64,000 bases of DNA from Bacteroidales bacterium (GTDB taxonomy: Bacteria > Bacteroidota > Bacteroidia > Bacteroidales > UBA10428): NCBI GenBank assembly GCA_016936215.1, contig JAFGPL010000099.1, positions 4,190-68,189 on the forward strand. The letters are read 5' to 3'. Of the stretch, positions 1 through 9,406 are shown in pieces. The translations under genes and the position numbers were made by a program. How positions within the stretch are numbered: the first letter of the stretch is position 1; each line of letters opens with the position of its first letter. The notes beneath the pieces were generated by a model. The model did no database searches, was not told the DNA's origin, and saw only the letters and a list, made by a program, of their open reading frames with translations.

Positions 1-82
1 ATTATTTTAGTTCTTAAATTGATTAAAACATAGAGAAATCTTTAGGATTCATTGAACTAATTAATAACGAGATAATTTAGTA

Positions 83-1102
83 ATGAAAGCATTTACATTT
101 ATTGAGCCAGGCACCATCGCAAAGATAAATATTAATGAACCTTCGGTCGGGCAGAATGATGTACTTGTAGAAGTTCATTATATAGGTTTATGCGGCAGCG
201 ATTTAGCTTCCTATCTTGGTTTAATGCCGATGGTTACCTATCCCAGAATACCAGGTCATGAGATAAGTGGAAAAATCATTGGAAAAGGAGACAATGTCCC
301 CAACACTTATAAAATAGGAGATAATGTTACCGTTTCACCTTACACCAATTGTGGGATTTGTCCTGCCTGTAGGATCGGAAGAATAAATGCATGTGAATTC
401 AACCAGACTTTTGGAGTGCAGCGTGATGGTGCTTTAACAGAAAAAATTGCGGTGCCCTACGAGAAAGTTTTTGTTAGTAAAACACTAACATTAAAGGAGT
501 TGGCCTTGGTTGAGCCACTTAGTGTCGGATATCATGGAGCAAATATTGGCGCCGTTGCTGAAACTGACACTGTTTTGTTATTTGGCTGCGGAACCATTGG
601 AATGGGAGCATTATTAGCCTCAGCCCGAAAAGGTGCCACAATTATAGCTGTGGATATTGATGATTCAAAACTTGCACAGGCTAAAAAATTTGGAGCTACA
701 TACACAATAAATGCCTTAAAGGAAAATGTGAAAACAATTGTTGCAAAAATAACTAATAATGAAGGTGTTAATGTGGCAATTGAAGCTGCCGGTATTCCGG
801 AAACATTGGTTATGGCACTTGATTTAGTGTCATTTGCAGGTCGGGTGGTAACAATCGGTTACTCAAAAAAGGATGTTTCCCTGAATACACAGGTTATCGT
901 CAGAAAGGAACTAAGAATTTTTGGTTCACGAAATGCTTTGAATGTTTTTCATTCTGTTATAAAAATGTTCGAGCGTAAAGAAAAATCTTTTACGGATATC
1001 ATTACTAAAATATTTCCTTTCGACGAAACCGAAAAGGCATTTAAATTTTGGGTTGATAATAAAGGAACTGTTTCAAAAATCCTTATCTCTTTAAAGGAAT
1101 AA
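83..1102 (+). CDS. Zn-dependent medium-chain alcohol/polyol dehydrogenase (MDR family)
   Basis: 339 aa ORF. Catalytic-Zn GHE motif (PGHEISGKI), structural-Zn cluster CGICPACRIGRINAC (CxxCxxCx7C), Rossmann GCGTIGMG. Confidence 0.8.
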   Translation: MKAFTFIEPGTIAKININEPSVGQNDVLVEVHYIGLCGSDLASYLGLMPMVTYPRIPGHEISGKIIGKGDNVPNTYKIGDNVTVSPYTNCGICPACRIGRINACEFNQTFGVQRDGALTEKIAVPYEKVFVSKTLTLKELALVEPLSVGYHGANIGAVAETDTVLLFGCGTIGMGALLASARKGATIIAVDIDDSKLAQAKKFGATYTINALKENVKTIVAKITNNEGVNVAIEAAGIPETLVMALDLVSFAGRVVTIGYSKKDVSLNTQVIVRKELRIFGSRNALNVFHSVIKMFERKEKSFTDIITKIFPFDETEKAFKFWVDNKGTVSKILISLKE

Positions 1103-1253
1103 AAGGTTATTACTAAAAATAGTTACCCGATCAGTGTCCAAATGGTTAGGGAAGAAGTCAAAATTGCAAAACATACAGATCACCTGTTCCGTAAATAATC
1201 CTTTGCATGTTTTGCCCTAATAATACTTGCCCTGTTCTAATGATTGTGTAGAA

Positions 1254-2306
1254 TTAAATCTCACTATATTCAAAGTCATTGCTTATCAATCCTTTTTCCT
1301 TCATTTCTTTGTAGAATTCATTCGGTACCCCTGATACAACTGATTCAACATTGTTTTTTACCCTTTTAGGATTTGATGTATTTAACGAAATAGAAATTAC
1401 ACCGTGAGGACGCAAACCAAAATTTACACATGCAACATATGGTTCTATGGCAAATCTTTTACAGACATCAAAAAAGTCTTCCCTCCATTTAAAAATTGCT
1501 TTGTTTTCAGAGGTATCAGGTTTAATTTTCACATAATCGAAATATTCACCTCCAATTAAAAAACCAGCATTAAATACAGCTGAGTTTACAATCCCGATAT
1601 CCTGTTTCTGTAATTCCTTCATAAAAGTTAATAATTCCGGCGGATGCCTGTATATCGTCATACTATTGGCAAACATTACCCAGTCCAGGTCAACATCTCC
1701 GGCGAGTCTTTTAATAATATGCCAGTCTTTTGCACCTACACCGATTCCGCTTACCAGTCCCGATTTCTTAAGTTCGGATAATGCCCGGTATGCATCGAGG
1801 ATATTTAGGTATAGCTGTTTTTTTTCATCATTATCAGCGCCCTGGGCAACATATTCGTCCGGATCGTGCACCGAAACGAGTCCGGGTTTATATTTTCCAA
1901 GCAGAAGATTACCCTGCTCAAAGCATTTTAAAATGCCATCATAGCTGATAGTTTGTACTGCATCATGCGAAATATTTTTCCAGGCGCCTTTTTCAAAGGT
2001 TGGTTCATCAGTTGTAAGCGGAACCTGCTGCCAACCCAGCTTATTGCTTATGATTACATCTTCGGACGGTATTTCAAGCTGTTCCAGGCATTTACCGAGC
2101 ATTTCGAGAGCCATCCCGGCCCCGTATTTTCCTGCAGAATCAAATACCACCGGTGAAGCTACGTGGTTAAAACATTCTTTAACAATTTTAAGCTTTACCT
2201 CAAAAGCAATCTCAGCATAAAGGTTACCCAATGCACTTGTTCCAAAAATTATGGGTGGGATTGATAATCCGGTTTTCCCAAGTTTTTTTTTGTTTGTTAA
2301 TTTCAT
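1254..2306 (-). CDS. aldo/keto reductase family oxidoreductase
   Basis: 350 aa ORF. N-terminus LGKTGLSIPPIIFGTSALG and the overall pattern resemble AKR proteins. Same strand as the adjacent GH3 gene and directly downstream of it. Confidence 0.7.
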   Translation of the reverse strand: MKLTNKKKLGKTGLSIPPIIFGTSALGNLYAEIAFEVKLKIVKECFNHVASPVVFDSAGKYGAGMALEMLGKCLEQLEIPSEDVIISNKLGWQQVPLTTDEPTFEKGAWKNISHDAVQTISYDGILKCFEQGNLLLGKYKPGLVSVHDPDEYVAQGADNDEKKQLYLNILDAYRALSELKKSGLVSGIGVGAKDWHIIKRLAGDVDLDWVMFANSMTIYRHPPELLTFMKELQKQDIGIVNSAVFNAGFLIGGEYFDYVKIKPDTSENKAIFKWREDFFDVCKRFAIEPYVACVNFGLRPHGVISISLNTSNPKRVKNNVESVVSGVPNEFYKEMKEKGLISNDFEYSEI

Positions 2307-2319
2307 GTGGTGAAACAGG

Positions 2320-4557
2320 TTATTTCAGATAAAAAGATGCCTTTATGGTTTCCCGGGAGTTTTTTCCTACGAAAAGTTCAAATCTACCGGGCTCTGCCAG
2401 GAAGCTGCCCTCATTATCATAGAATGAGAGATCATTAACAGTAAGGCCGAAATTGACATTCAAAGAATCTCCGGCACTTATCATGATTTTTTTAAATCCT
2501 TTCAGTTCTTTTACCGGCTGGGTAATACTGGCATATATGTCCCTGATGTAAAGCTGTACTATTTCCTGGGCATCATAGGCACCTGTGTTTTTTATCAAAA
2601 TTTCAATATCAAGCGTATCCTTAAATCCAATGGTGTCGGCGCTTAGCAGTATATTTGAATAATCAAAAGACGTGTAGGACAAACCATATCCAAAGGGGTA
2701 TCTTGGCAAATAGTCCAGATCGAGGTAATTTGCACTGAAACCAACCGGGTTCATCGGGTCTCCGGGGGTAATATTTCTCTGCTCTTCCCTTGGCGGGCGC
2801 CCGGTATTCTTATGGTTATAATATACCGGTATCTGTCCTTCGGCACGGGGAAATGAAACGGGCAGTTTTCCCGAAGGCACAACCTTGCCGAAAACGAGGT
2901 CGTGAATTGCCGGACCGGCCATTGTACCGGGATGCCAGGCATAAAGAATGGCGCTTAGTTTATCTTCAATTTTTGATAAGACAAGCGGCCTTCCTGCAAG
3001 GATAATACCTACAAGGGGTTTGCCTGTTTTAGTCAAAGCTTCCACAAGTTGTTCCTGGGCACCCGGCAGGTTCAGAAAAGCACGGCTGTGGGCTTCACCA
3101 GAAAGAATGGCTTCTTCTCCCAGAAACAGAAGCACAATATCCGATTGCCGGGCTGCTGCAACAGCTTGTTTTATCCCTTCCATATCTTTATCCCTGCTGG
3201 TTTTGAGACCCGGAGAATAAATTATTTTTTTGCCCTCACTCATTTCCTGAAATGCTTTCAACGGGGTAACCGAATTTTCAGGTCTTCCATCAAAAGCCCA
3301 GGTTCCAAGCTGGTCAAGCGGTGCATCTGCTAACGGACCGATGACAGCTATTCTTTTAACACTGCTTTTTATCGGTAATACATTGTCTTCGTTTTTCAGC
3401 AATACACAGCTTTCAGTAGCAATTTCCCTGGCTGTTTTAAGGTTATCTTCAGTTAAGATTACATTTTCCAGACTGTCGGCATAAGGCTTTTCAAACAACC
3501 CAAGCCTGAATTTTACCCGTAGGATATTTTTTACAGCAAGGTTTATAAAACTCTCACTGATTGTACCATTTTGAATTAAAGAGGGCAGGTGGTCCTGCAT
3601 GGTTTGGCTCACCATTTCCATATCAACACCGGCAAGGATAGCTTTTTGTGCAGCCTCTGCTTCATCTTTACAATATCCGTGCGGTATCATCTCAGCAACA
3701 GATTCCCAGTCGCTTACTACAAATCCGTCAAACCTCCATTCATTACGCAATATCTGCCTCAGGGTAAATTCATTGCCCGAAGTTGGGATGCCATTCAGGT
3801 CGTTAAAGGCGCTCATTATGGTTTGGCCCCCTTCTTCAACAAAGGCTTTGAAAGAGGGCAGGTAGATATTTCTCAGTTCTGCTTCTGGGATTAATGTTGT
3901 ATTGTAATCTTTGCCACCTTCTGCAGCGCCATATCCTACAAAATGTTTACCACACGCAGCAATGGTTGAAGGATCGGTAAGGTCTTCACCCTGAAAACCT
4001 CTCACCATAGCCCTTGCCAGCATAGATGCAAGAAAGGGGTCTTCTCCCGGACTTTCGGCAATTCTTCCCCAGCGAGGGTCGCGTGCAATATCAAGCATAG
4101 GTGCAAAAGTCCAGTCTATACCATCCGAAGAAGCTTCTTTTGCTGCAATTGCAGAAGCCTTCTCAACAAGCACAGGATTCCAGCTTGCAGCCTGGCCAAG
4201 GGGTATTGGAAAAATTGTTTTGTAACCGTGTATTACATCGCGACCAAAGATAAGAGGAATTCTAAGCCTTGATTCTTCCAATGCTATTCTTTGCAACTCG
4301 TTTCTCATAGCAAGGTTTCTGGCATTCAGGAATGAACCTATTTTTCCCTGTCTTACTAGGTCATAGACCGTGTCATTGAAATGTCTTGAAATGGAAAGCT
4401 GTTGCATTTGACCTATCTTTTCTTCAAGGGTCATCAGCACCAGCAGGGAATCTATCTTTTTTTCAATCATTTCATCTTTGCTGATCTTTGCTTTTTGGTT
4501 GCATGAAAGCAATAAAAATACAATAGTAAGTAACAGAATAAAAGGCTGCTTTTTCAT
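2320..4557 (-). CDS. bglX: glycoside hydrolase family 3 beta-glucosidase, lipoprotein-type signal
   Basis: 745 aa. Signal plus lipobox-like LLLSC. GH3 blocks DVIHGY, KHFVGYG and the nucleophile region GFVVSDWESV. C-terminal FnIII-like tail. Confidence 0.85.
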   Translation of the reverse strand: MKKQPFILLLTIVFLLLSCNQKAKISKDEMIEKKIDSLLVLMTLEEKIGQMQQLSISRHFNDTVYDLVRQGKIGSFLNARNLAMRNELQRIALEESRLRIPLIFGRDVIHGYKTIFPIPLGQAASWNPVLVEKASAIAAKEASSDGIDWTFAPMLDIARDPRWGRIAESPGEDPFLASMLARAMVRGFQGEDLTDPSTIAACGKHFVGYGAAEGGKDYNTTLIPEAELRNIYLPSFKAFVEEGGQTIMSAFNDLNGIPTSGNEFTLRQILRNEWRFDGFVVSDWESVAEMIPHGYCKDEAEAAQKAILAGVDMEMVSQTMQDHLPSLIQNGTISESFINLAVKNILRVKFRLGLFEKPYADSLENVILTEDNLKTAREIATESCVLLKNEDNVLPIKSSVKRIAVIGPLADAPLDQLGTWAFDGRPENSVTPLKAFQEMSEGKKIIYSPGLKTSRDKDMEGIKQAVAAARQSDIVLLFLGEEAILSGEAHSRAFLNLPGAQEQLVEALTKTGKPLVGIILAGRPLVLSKIEDKLSAILYAWHPGTMAGPAIHDLVFGKVVPSGKLPVSFPRAEGQIPVYYNHKNTGRPPREEQRNITPGDPMNPVGFSANYLDLDYLPRYPFGYGLSYTSFDYSNILLSADTIGFKDTLDIEILIKNTGAYDAQEIVQLYIRDIYASITQPVKELKGFKKIMISAGDSLNVNFGLTVNDLSFYDNEGSFLAEPGRFELFVGKNSRETIKASFYLK

Positions 4558-4632
4558 AAGATGTAGTTTATTTTTAATACAAAAATAATCATTCCCTGCG
4601 CATTATAACCATTATAAACCTATGCATGAAGA

Positions 4633-5886
4633 TTATTCCTTTATTCTTTGGTAGTTTGTAGCTTTTTCAAATCCCTCGATTCTGAATTTCTTTTTACCTT
4701 TTGTTAATTTTTGAAGTTCGGATAATTCAAAACAATTAATGAATACCGGTGACAATAAGCTCCTGTCTGAGTTTGGGTATATCAGGTGTTTGTCAAGATT
4801 AGGGTCATTTCTTACAATGGAACATAGCTTTGTGCCCGGGTACAACCTGTAACAGGCATTCACACCAACTGTTTCCACAGGTTGGGTGTTCAAATAATCT
4901 ACCATTTTTTGTAAACCCGAAATATCTTCATATGGAAATCCTGTAGAAAGGTCAACTGCAATTTTTATGCTGTGTTTTTTTGCCAGTGAGATAAAATCAG
5001 ATAGGTTCTCAATTTTGCTCTGATCCAGATTATCTGTGTATAAACTTAATGTCAGCATATCTGCACCTGATTTAGCAAGCCAGTAAAACAATTCATCTGA
5101 AAATGGTTCGGGTTTCATATACAATGTCCATCTTACGGGGCCCGAAATAGAACAGATTGCTTTGCAGACTTCAATGCAATGATCGAGGTTCATATTGAAC
5201 TCACTGTCGCACAAATGAAAGTGGTTGTAGCCTTGTTCTTTTAAGAGTTTTAGTTCATTACCGACAAGGTCTGCTTTATGATACACAACCGGCTTATTTG
5301 CCTCGGTACAGAAGATGCACGAACCGGTGCAGCCGATTTGTGTCCTGAATCCCACGATACCCCCGTTTTTGAGGTACTGTTCGTAATTAAAAAGTCTTGC
5401 CCTTTGAAAAGCATATATGTTTTGCATAAAATACCCAAAACCGTCTGTTATCCGGTCTGGTATCTGATGATTCTGAAGTGTTCTGAGTAATTCAACAAAT
5501 GCTATTTCTCCGGGACCAACAATACCGTAGTCGGCCTCCATATATTTCAGGATTTCGAGTGGCATTATGGAGAAACCCGCGCCCCCAAGGATTATCTGGC
5601 ATCCTGAAGATTTACAGATGTTTACATATTCTTTTATCTCCGGAAGAAAAAATTCATTGTTGGGAAATAAAACAGTATCAATCTGCCTGATTGTAAAACC
5701 GGCAATATCGGGCCGGAATTCTGAAATTTTTGTTTCCAGTTCTTCAATGGGATTATCTGAGAAACAAAGGTCCAATACATCAAAAGCATATCCCGTGCCG
5801 GACAATGCACCTGCTAAATACTCCAATCCGATGGGTATTACAGGCGGATATCTATAGCGGTTTGGATTGACAAAAAGAATCTTCAT
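4633..5886 (-). CDS. B12-binding-domain radical SAM protein
   Basis: 417 aa. N-terminal B12-binding-like Rossmann segment (MKILFVNPN...PIGLEYLAGAL). Radical-SAM cluster motif CTGSCIFC (Cx3Cx2C). Confidence 0.8.
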   Translation of the reverse strand: MKILFVNPNRYRYPPVIPIGLEYLAGALSGTGYAFDVLDLCFSDNPIEELETKISEFRPDIAGFTIRQIDTVLFPNNEFFLPEIKEYVNICKSSGCQIILGGAGFSIMPLEILKYMEADYGIVGPGEIAFVELLRTLQNHQIPDRITDGFGYFMQNIYAFQRARLFNYEQYLKNGGIVGFRTQIGCTGSCIFCTEANKPVVYHKADLVGNELKLLKEQGYNHFHLCDSEFNMNLDHCIEVCKAICSISGPVRWTLYMKPEPFSDELFYWLAKSGADMLTLSLYTDNLDQSKIENLSDFISLAKKHSIKIAVDLSTGFPYEDISGLQKMVDYLNTQPVETVGVNACYRLYPGTKLCSIVRNDPNLDKHLIYPNSDRSLLSPVFINCFELSELQKLTKGKKKFRIEGFEKATNYQRIKE

Positions 5887-5945
5887 TCAAAAGCTTATGT
5901 AAGATGCTAAAATAGTATAATTACAGACTTTCCAAAAGTCTCTGC

Positions 5946-6130
5946 TTAATTTAACCGCAATTATTCATGCCTTTTAATAAATTGTTGATTATAGCGGTTA
6001 ACCCTCCCGAAAATCGGGACAGGCTGATTTAGTTACACTTAATTTTGAGGTACGAAAAATTTAGTGTAGCTTAATCGTAGCAATAGATTAAATGAATACG
6101 GATGAATAATTCGGGTTAAATAATTCCTTT
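5946..6130. repeat. intergenic element, copy A (conserved module, with a copy-specific hairpin at 6034-6068)
   Basis: Hand alignment to 18267-18395. The block attattcatNNcttttaaNaaatNgttgattaNNgcggttaaNcctNcc matches at 41 of 49 positions. The block aatgaaNacggatgaaNaat matches at 18 of 20. Confidence 0.7.
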
Positions 6131-6222
6131 CAAAACTGAAGATTCCTGGTAAACAATTGCAATATTTAGTCGCTGTCGGAGACAGGAAAAATTCTTATGA
6201 ACGGCGAAGCCCTGCCCCTCCG

Positions 6223-6284
6223 CACGCTGTCGCTGTAGCTTTAGCGTAGGCGACACGCTGTCGCTGTAGCTTTGGCGTAGGCTA
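6223..6284. repeat. GC-rich 31-bp tandem direct repeat, 2 copies
   Basis: cacgctgtcgctgtagctttagcgtaggcga (6223-6253) is followed directly by cacgctgtcgctgtagctttggcgtaggcta (6254-6284). The copies differ at 2 positions. Confidence 0.9.
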
Positions 6285-6329
6285 CTGAAGCTTAAGGCGG
6301 CACGCGGTCACAGAAGGTAATTTTTCGGA

Positions 6330-7523
6330 TTAATTGTGATTCAACCTGTTCAATATTTCGAATTCTGCAATTTTGATGTCACGAATAAGCTTGGTTAAAT
6401 TGTTATAAACAATTGGAGGACTGTTATTAAATTCCAAATATCCGAAACGTATGCTCCTGGAAATATACTTATTCAGATGAGGAATAGAATCCGCATTGGC
6501 AATTAAGTAATCTCGGAACCGGTTTACTTCTTTTTCAAGATCTTTGGCTTCCGATTCCATGATGTTTATTTTACTGTAATCTTTAATGAATTTTCTATTG
6601 AATTGTTCCTGTTCTGATCTACTGGCAAACAGGGTAGTTTTGATATTTTCAATCCTCATTATTAACTGTTCTACGTGCTCTCTAAAATCTGTTATATCGG
6701 TTTTGTTCTTTTCATCATCAACACTTTCTAAGTCTAAATAAATAGCCTGAATACTATTATCGAAAAGTCCGATGCTTTCATCAAGATTTGATTCAATGGT
6801 AAGGTGACTAATCCTTGGATTATTCTGGCTAAGAACATAAAGTGTAATATCGAGAATAAACATGACTGAAAAAAACAGTAACAAAGATAAATGTATTATT
6901 CGGTTATCTTCTGAACGAAGAATATGTACAAATAACAGAATAAGAAATATGAAAATAAGTATCCAAGAACCGTAAATTGTATATTCTCTCAATGGCCAAT
7001 GCATTACTGTAAATAACAAGCTTATAAGGAATAAAAATGCAGCAGAAATACCAGTAAAGGCGAGATACCTGCTCCTCTTCAACAACTTTTCTCTTTTAAG
7101 TGCAAAAATCAACACAGGAACATATCCAAATGTTAAAGTAATAATGCCTAATGTTAATAATATACCGGCTCCTGGGAGATGCAGAATTTTAAATGCCGAA
7201 GCGACTGCAACAGTTACCAATCCGATAATTCCTGCAAGTTTTAGTGTAGTTTTCATAGCTTGTATTTTTTTATTGATTAAAATTAAAGTCTGAATTTCAA
7301 TATCTTTTAAGGTATCAAATGAAATATACTTTTTCACCCTAGAATAGGCGGCATCAAAATTATATCCTTCATCAAGATATTCTTCCACCATACAGCATAT
7401 ATGGTCTATAAGTTCCTCTTCAAGATGTGAATAGGATATACCACAATTCTCGACATCATTTCTGATGAATTTAATCTCCTCATCAGACAAATTATGACAT
7501 GGCCAATCCATAATCTCTGCCAA
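6330..7523 (-). CDS. PadR-associated integral membrane protein
   Basis: 397 aa. Its start overlaps the end of the PadR gene. N-terminal soluble segment (HLEEELIDHICCMVEEYLDEGY), about 5 predicted TM helices, then a charged C-terminal domain. Confidence 0.6.
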   Translation of the reverse strand: MAEIMDWPCHNLSDEEIKFIRNDVENCGISYSHLEEELIDHICCMVEEYLDEGYNFDAAYSRVKKYISFDTLKDIEIQTLILINKKIQAMKTTLKLAGIIGLVTVAVASAFKILHLPGAGILLTLGIITLTFGYVPVLIFALKREKLLKRSRYLAFTGISAAFLFLISLLFTVMHWPLREYTIYGSWILIFIFLILLFVHILRSEDNRIIHLSLLLFFSVMFILDITLYVLSQNNPRISHLTIESNLDESIGLFDNSIQAIYLDLESVDDEKNKTDITDFREHVEQLIMRIENIKTTLFASRSEQEQFNRKFIKDYSKINIMESEAKDLEKEVNRFRDYLIANADSIPHLNKYISRSIRFGYLEFNNSPPIVYNNLTKLIRDIKIAEFEILNRLNHN

Positions 7524-7839
7524 TAAGTTTTTGAATGATATTTATATATTCCATCAGCTCTCTGATCTTTACCCTGGCAGTTTCATTGCCTTTTTTTGTA
7601 AGCTTGTAATATACACGTACCCGGTTATTTACTGTTTCAGATTCAGTAATTACATCACCATCGCTTTCCAGTTTATGCAATATTGGATATAATGCACCAA
7701 AGGTGAGTTTAATGGAACCTTCTGAAATTTTCTCAATTTTTTGTGTAAGTTCATAACCATACATATTGTCGTGTTCAGCAAGTACCTTTAATACAATTGA
7801 TTTTACACTGCCTTTTAACAGTTCTTTTGATATCATCAT
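7492..7839 (-). CDS. PadR family transcriptional regulator
   Basis: 115 aa. Winged-helix block MYGYELTQKIEKISEGSIKLTFGALYPILHKLESDGDV is typical of PadR. Confidence 0.85.
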   Translation of the reverse strand: MMISKELLKGSVKSIVLKVLAEHDNMYGYELTQKIEKISEGSIKLTFGALYPILHKLESDGDVITESETVNNRVRVYYKLTKKGNETARVKIRELMEYINIIQKLIGRDYGLAMS

Positions 7840-8003
7840 AATTTAATATATTTTAATCTTATATATAACAAAATTATATATTGTTTTTTTATTATACTAC
7901 AAATTCACTGTTTTTTTTTGTTATTAGTTTTGTTTTGTCTTTTTCAATCGAAATTTTCTAACTTTAGGTCATGACTTAATCATTAATCAAACCTAACCGA
8001 ACC

Positions 8004-9401
8004 ATGATGCAATGTAATAAGTTAAAAACCAGTTTAATAATATTTTTTCTTGCTTTTTCCAATATTTATTGTCTTTTTTCCCAATCTAAGAATCTGGTAC
8101 TAAATCCCGATTTTGAAGAATATTACGAATGTCCAAAAACGCATAATCCCGAAAATCAGTCACACAAATTGGTACCGGGATGGTCGTACCCAAGTTTTGC
8201 AGCGCCTGATTATTTCAATCGCTGTGGCTCCAACGACGGGGGAGTGCCGCAGAACTTTGCCGGAAACAGTGAACCAAAATCCGGAAATGGTTATGTTGGT
8301 GCTATTCTTACAGGAACAGAGGAAAACCGGCGTGAATACATTCAGGGTGAACTTGCAGCGCCTATGGTTGCAGGACAAAAATATTGTATTACCTATCATT
8401 ACAGGCTTGCCTCAGGTTCGAGGCTGGCTGTGGATCAACTGAGCGTTTATTTTTCAAATACACAGGTCAAAGCGCAGGGTGTGGATGCACTTTCGCTTAC
8501 TCCGCAACTAAGCAGTCCCGAAGGTCTTTTTCTTGACAATGTGGAAGACTGGGAACAGATATGCCAGGTATATGAAGCAAAAGGGGGCGAGAAATTCTTT
8601 ATTATCGGTAATTTCAAAAATTATGAAAATACAAATTATGTGGTAACCGACAAGAATGTTGTAAACCTCAGGAATAAAGCATATGCATATTATTATTTTG
8701 ATGATGTGGCCATAAAACCAATTGAGGATTGCAGGATTTGCCCCTGTGTTTTGCAGAATTTCGAAGCCAGGGTAGTGGATTCTTCTTATACCGGTGGCAA
8801 AGATCCTATTACCGGTGAAGTAAAAAAGATTATCAATGATGGAAGGATACGCGTTGCCATGTTAGGTGGCACACCGCCATACAAAGTAGAATGGAATAAT
8901 AAAATGACGGGTAGCGAAATCAGAAACCTTGCAGGAGGAAAATACACCTATGTAGCATCAGATTATTATAATTGCAAATCATCGGGAACAGTAACCTTTA
9001 TCCAGCCCGTGATAATCCCCGATAAATTTGAAGACGGCCTCAGGAACATACAGGAAGGGTCTTCCATCGTACTTGAAAACATATTTTTTGAATTTAACAA
9101 AACTACCTTACTTCCCGAATCATACCCCGAGTTGAACAAAGTCGCTTCCTTCATGCTTGAAAACAACATCAGTAAAATAGAAATTTCCGGACATACCGAC
9201 AGTGAAGGTTCGGATGCTTATAATCAAAAACTCTCAGAAGGAAGGGCTAATGCAGTGATTGCCTATCTCATAATCCAGGGGGTAAACGCTTCACGAATGA
9301 CTGCCGTTGGCTATGGCGAAAGCCGGCCCATAGAGACTAATCTTACAGAGGAAGGCAAAGCGCAAAACCGAAGGGTCGAATTTACACTTGTTAAAAGATA
9401 A
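8004..9401 (+). CDS. OmpA-family protein with N-terminal secreted beta-rich domain
   Basis: 465 aa, signal peptide. C-terminal OmpA-like block GHTDSEGSDAYNQKLSEGRANAV...NRRVEF. Confidence 0.8.
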   Translation: MMQCNKLKTSLIIFFLAFSNIYCLFSQSKNLVLNPDFEEYYECPKTHNPENQSHKLVPGWSYPSFAAPDYFNRCGSNDGGVPQNFAGNSEPKSGNGYVGAILTGTEENRREYIQGELAAPMVAGQKYCITYHYRLASGSRLAVDQLSVYFSNTQVKAQGVDALSLTPQLSSPEGLFLDNVEDWEQICQVYEAKGGEKFFIIGNFKNYENTNYVVTDKNVVNLRNKAYAYYYFDDVAIKPIEDCRICPCVLQNFEARVVDSSYTGGKDPITGEVKKIINDGRIRVAMLGGTPPYKVEWNNKMTGSEIRNLAGGKYTYVASDYYNCKSSGTVTFIQPVIIPDKFEDGLRNIQEGSSIVLENIFFEFNKTTLLPESYPELNKVASFMLENNISKIEISGHTDSEGSDAYNQKLSEGRANAVIAYLIIQGVNASRMTAVGYGESRPIETNLTEEGKAQNRRVEFTLVKR

Positions 9402-9406
9402 TCCGG

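Noticed and set aside
6055-6112. tRNA-like string tagtgtagcttaatcgtagc (D-arm-like)
   Set aside because: There is no GTTCRANNC T-arm, no acceptor-stem pairing and no anticodon stem. The segment is part of a simple hairpin (6034-6068).
6223-6284. Possible CRISPR array
   Set aside because: There are only two repeat units, directly abutting with no spacers, and no cas genes in the window. It is a tandem duplication, not a CRISPR array.
5887-6329. SAM or cobalamin riboswitch upstream of the radical-SAM / B12-binding gene, and likewise at 18150-18621 upstream of rlmN
   Set aside because: Reading the minus strand, I could not find the conserved cores: the B12 box and GCCACUG-type elements, or the SAM-I/SAM-II signatures. 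The only CCGGCAAACC-like string is on the wrong strand. A covariance-model search would be needed to be definitive.
7862-7880. Palindrome TATATAA-N5-TTATATA upstream of the PadR gene as an operator
   Set aside because: It is A/T-only and low complexity in an AT-rich promoter region, so it is easily explained by chance. It has no resemblance to a specific known operator.
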